A stretch of DNA of 62,587 nt, counting the filler, from Stramenopiles sp. TOSAG23-2 (taxonomy: Eukaryota): the NCBI GenBank assembly GCA_900128395.1. It is 42 parts of 42 records of this genome, joined end to end, with 100 filler letters (N's around TTAATTAATTAA, not from the genome) between each part and the next. Parts side by side here need not be neighbours in the genome. Positions count along the whole stretch, not along the records: positions 61,205 to 62,587 come from LT653027.1; 41 more parts are not named here. One strand, 5' to 3'. Below the pieces are notes generated by a model. That model did no database searches, had not been told where the DNA came from, and saw only the letters and a list, made by a program, of their open reading frames with translations. A program made the translations under genes and the position numbers. Shown piece by piece: positions 61,574-62,587 of the stretch. Each line of letters starts with the position of its first letter. The first letter of the stretch is position 1.

Positions 61574-62587
61574 TTATTCATATTTTCCTTTAATACCATT
61601 CAAAACATCTACGGTCTCTTTTGTTACATCCGCAGTTCTAACTATAGCATAACACTTAGCCCTTTCTAATACACACTCTGTAAGCATCTTTGAATGATCT
61701 GCCATGCATTTTTTATATGTATTTTTACATCTTCTAAAATCTAGTCTTTTTTTTGCAGAATGATTACAACATGGTGGGCCGCACGTAGCAGGGTTTCTTC
61801 TAGCAATTTTACAAATGTCTTCAATCTTCTTGTCATTTTCCTTCTTATTTTCGAATAATTTGTCGACAATTGTTTTAGAAAATGTTACGTTCAAATTCAC
61901 TCCATGATATGGTTTTCTTTGTATTGAATCGATAGTAGTGGTGTCAAAGGTGTTGGTTACATTCACGCTGTCACCAGTGAAGAAATCATCGTATGGATCT
62001 GTTGGTTTTATTGGTTTTGTTGGTTTTATTGGTTTTGTTCTATTAATTGGTTTTGTTCTATTAATTGGTTTTGTTCTATTAATTGGTTTGATTGTGTTTT
62101 TCGTTGTTCTATTTTTCCTTGTTGTATTTTTACCTAAATGTTGGCTAATCTTTATTATTTTGGCTATTGTATCGTTGTTATGAGCACCTGTTGCCCCAGT
62201 TGCTCCAATTGGGCCCTTTGGACCTCTTGGTGCTTTTGGTCCTGTACTTCCTGTTGCAGTAGGCTTCCTAGTAGAATTTGTAAGATATTTTTTGAAAAAT
62301 CTTTTTAATTTTCCTTTTTTCAAAAAAGTACCTCCTACAGTTCTGTTAATTGTTGTAGGTAAGTAAAATGCTCCAGTTGAGCCGTATGTAGAAGTAGTAT
62401 CGCTTTCATTTGCAGTCCCATTTATTCCTGTTGCGCCCGTGAAACCACCAGCAGTGGCAACACCTGTTGGGCCGTATGTAGAAGTAGTCAACCGATGGTT
62501 CCTGAATATGTTGATCCAATAGCTAGTCCCATTTATTCCTGTTGCGCCCGTGAAACCACCAGCAGTGGCAACACCTGTTGAGCCAGT
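61574..62587 (-). CDS. G/T-rich repeat (mucin/collagen-like) protein with Cys-rich C-terminus (5' partial)
   Basis: TGATG/GPxG repeats, an in-frame internal duplication with 111-bp period, KPINRT tandem units, many N-x-T sequons, and a Cys-rich C-terminal region. Confidence 0.8.
   Translation of the reverse strand, partial: TGSTGVATAGGFTGATGINGTSYWINIFRNHRLTTSTYGPTGVATAGGFTGATGINGTANESDTTSTYGSTGAFYLPTTINRTVGGTFLKKGKLKRFFKKYLTNSTRKPTATGSTGPKAPRGPKGPIGATGATGAHNNDTIAKIIKISQHLGKNTTRKNRTTKNTIKPINRTKPINRTKPINRTKPIKPTKPIKPTDPYDDFFTGDSVNVTNTFDTTTIDSIQRKPYHGVNLNVTFSKTIVDKLFENKKENDKKIEDICKIARRNPATCGPPCCNHSAKKRLDFRRCKNTYKKCMADHSKMLTECVLERAKCYAIVRTADVTKETVDVLNGIKGKYE

Noticed and set aside
1..62587. Alternative genetic code, tRNA or rRNA genes
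   Set aside because: Conserved genes (RPL7, CCT6, ARPC3) translate fully and end at standard stops. I recognised no cloverleaf or rRNA motif by eye, though small RNAs could be missed.

Overview
This window is not one locus. It is 42 unrelated contigs of about 1.4 kb, sorted by decreasing length (1399 to 1383 bp) and joined by an artificial 100-bp linker (44 N + TTAATTAATTAA + 44 N, stops in all six frames). Gene order across linkers is therefore meaningless, and ORF-track entries ending in X/LIN are linker artefacts. The DNA is an AT-rich, intron-poor eukaryotic nuclear genome read in the standard code. Recognisable genes are SNU13, RPL7, CCT6, ARPC3, VPS13, AHI1, a TRP channel, a sulfatase, a GST, a TM2+DnaJ protein and a HAD phosphatase. 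AHI1 and Arp2/3 suggest a flagellated, probably phagotrophic protist; a marine stramenopile single-cell or metagenome assembly is my inference. I found no CRISPR, rRNA or tRNA. The most interesting proteins are a coiled-coil/TIR/P-loop protein, a SlyD-type FKBP fused to a MAPR heme/steroid-binding domain, a nested C2-in-C2 protein missed by the ORF track, a GC-rich Asp-box repeat gene, and a foreign-looking ORF with a possible tyrosine-recombinase pattern. The most interesting non-coding signals are tandem GNA-triloop hairpins with compensatory changes, a decayed piggyBac, several MITE families, and short motifs recurring across independent contigs. All family calls come from motif recognition by eye; no searches were run.
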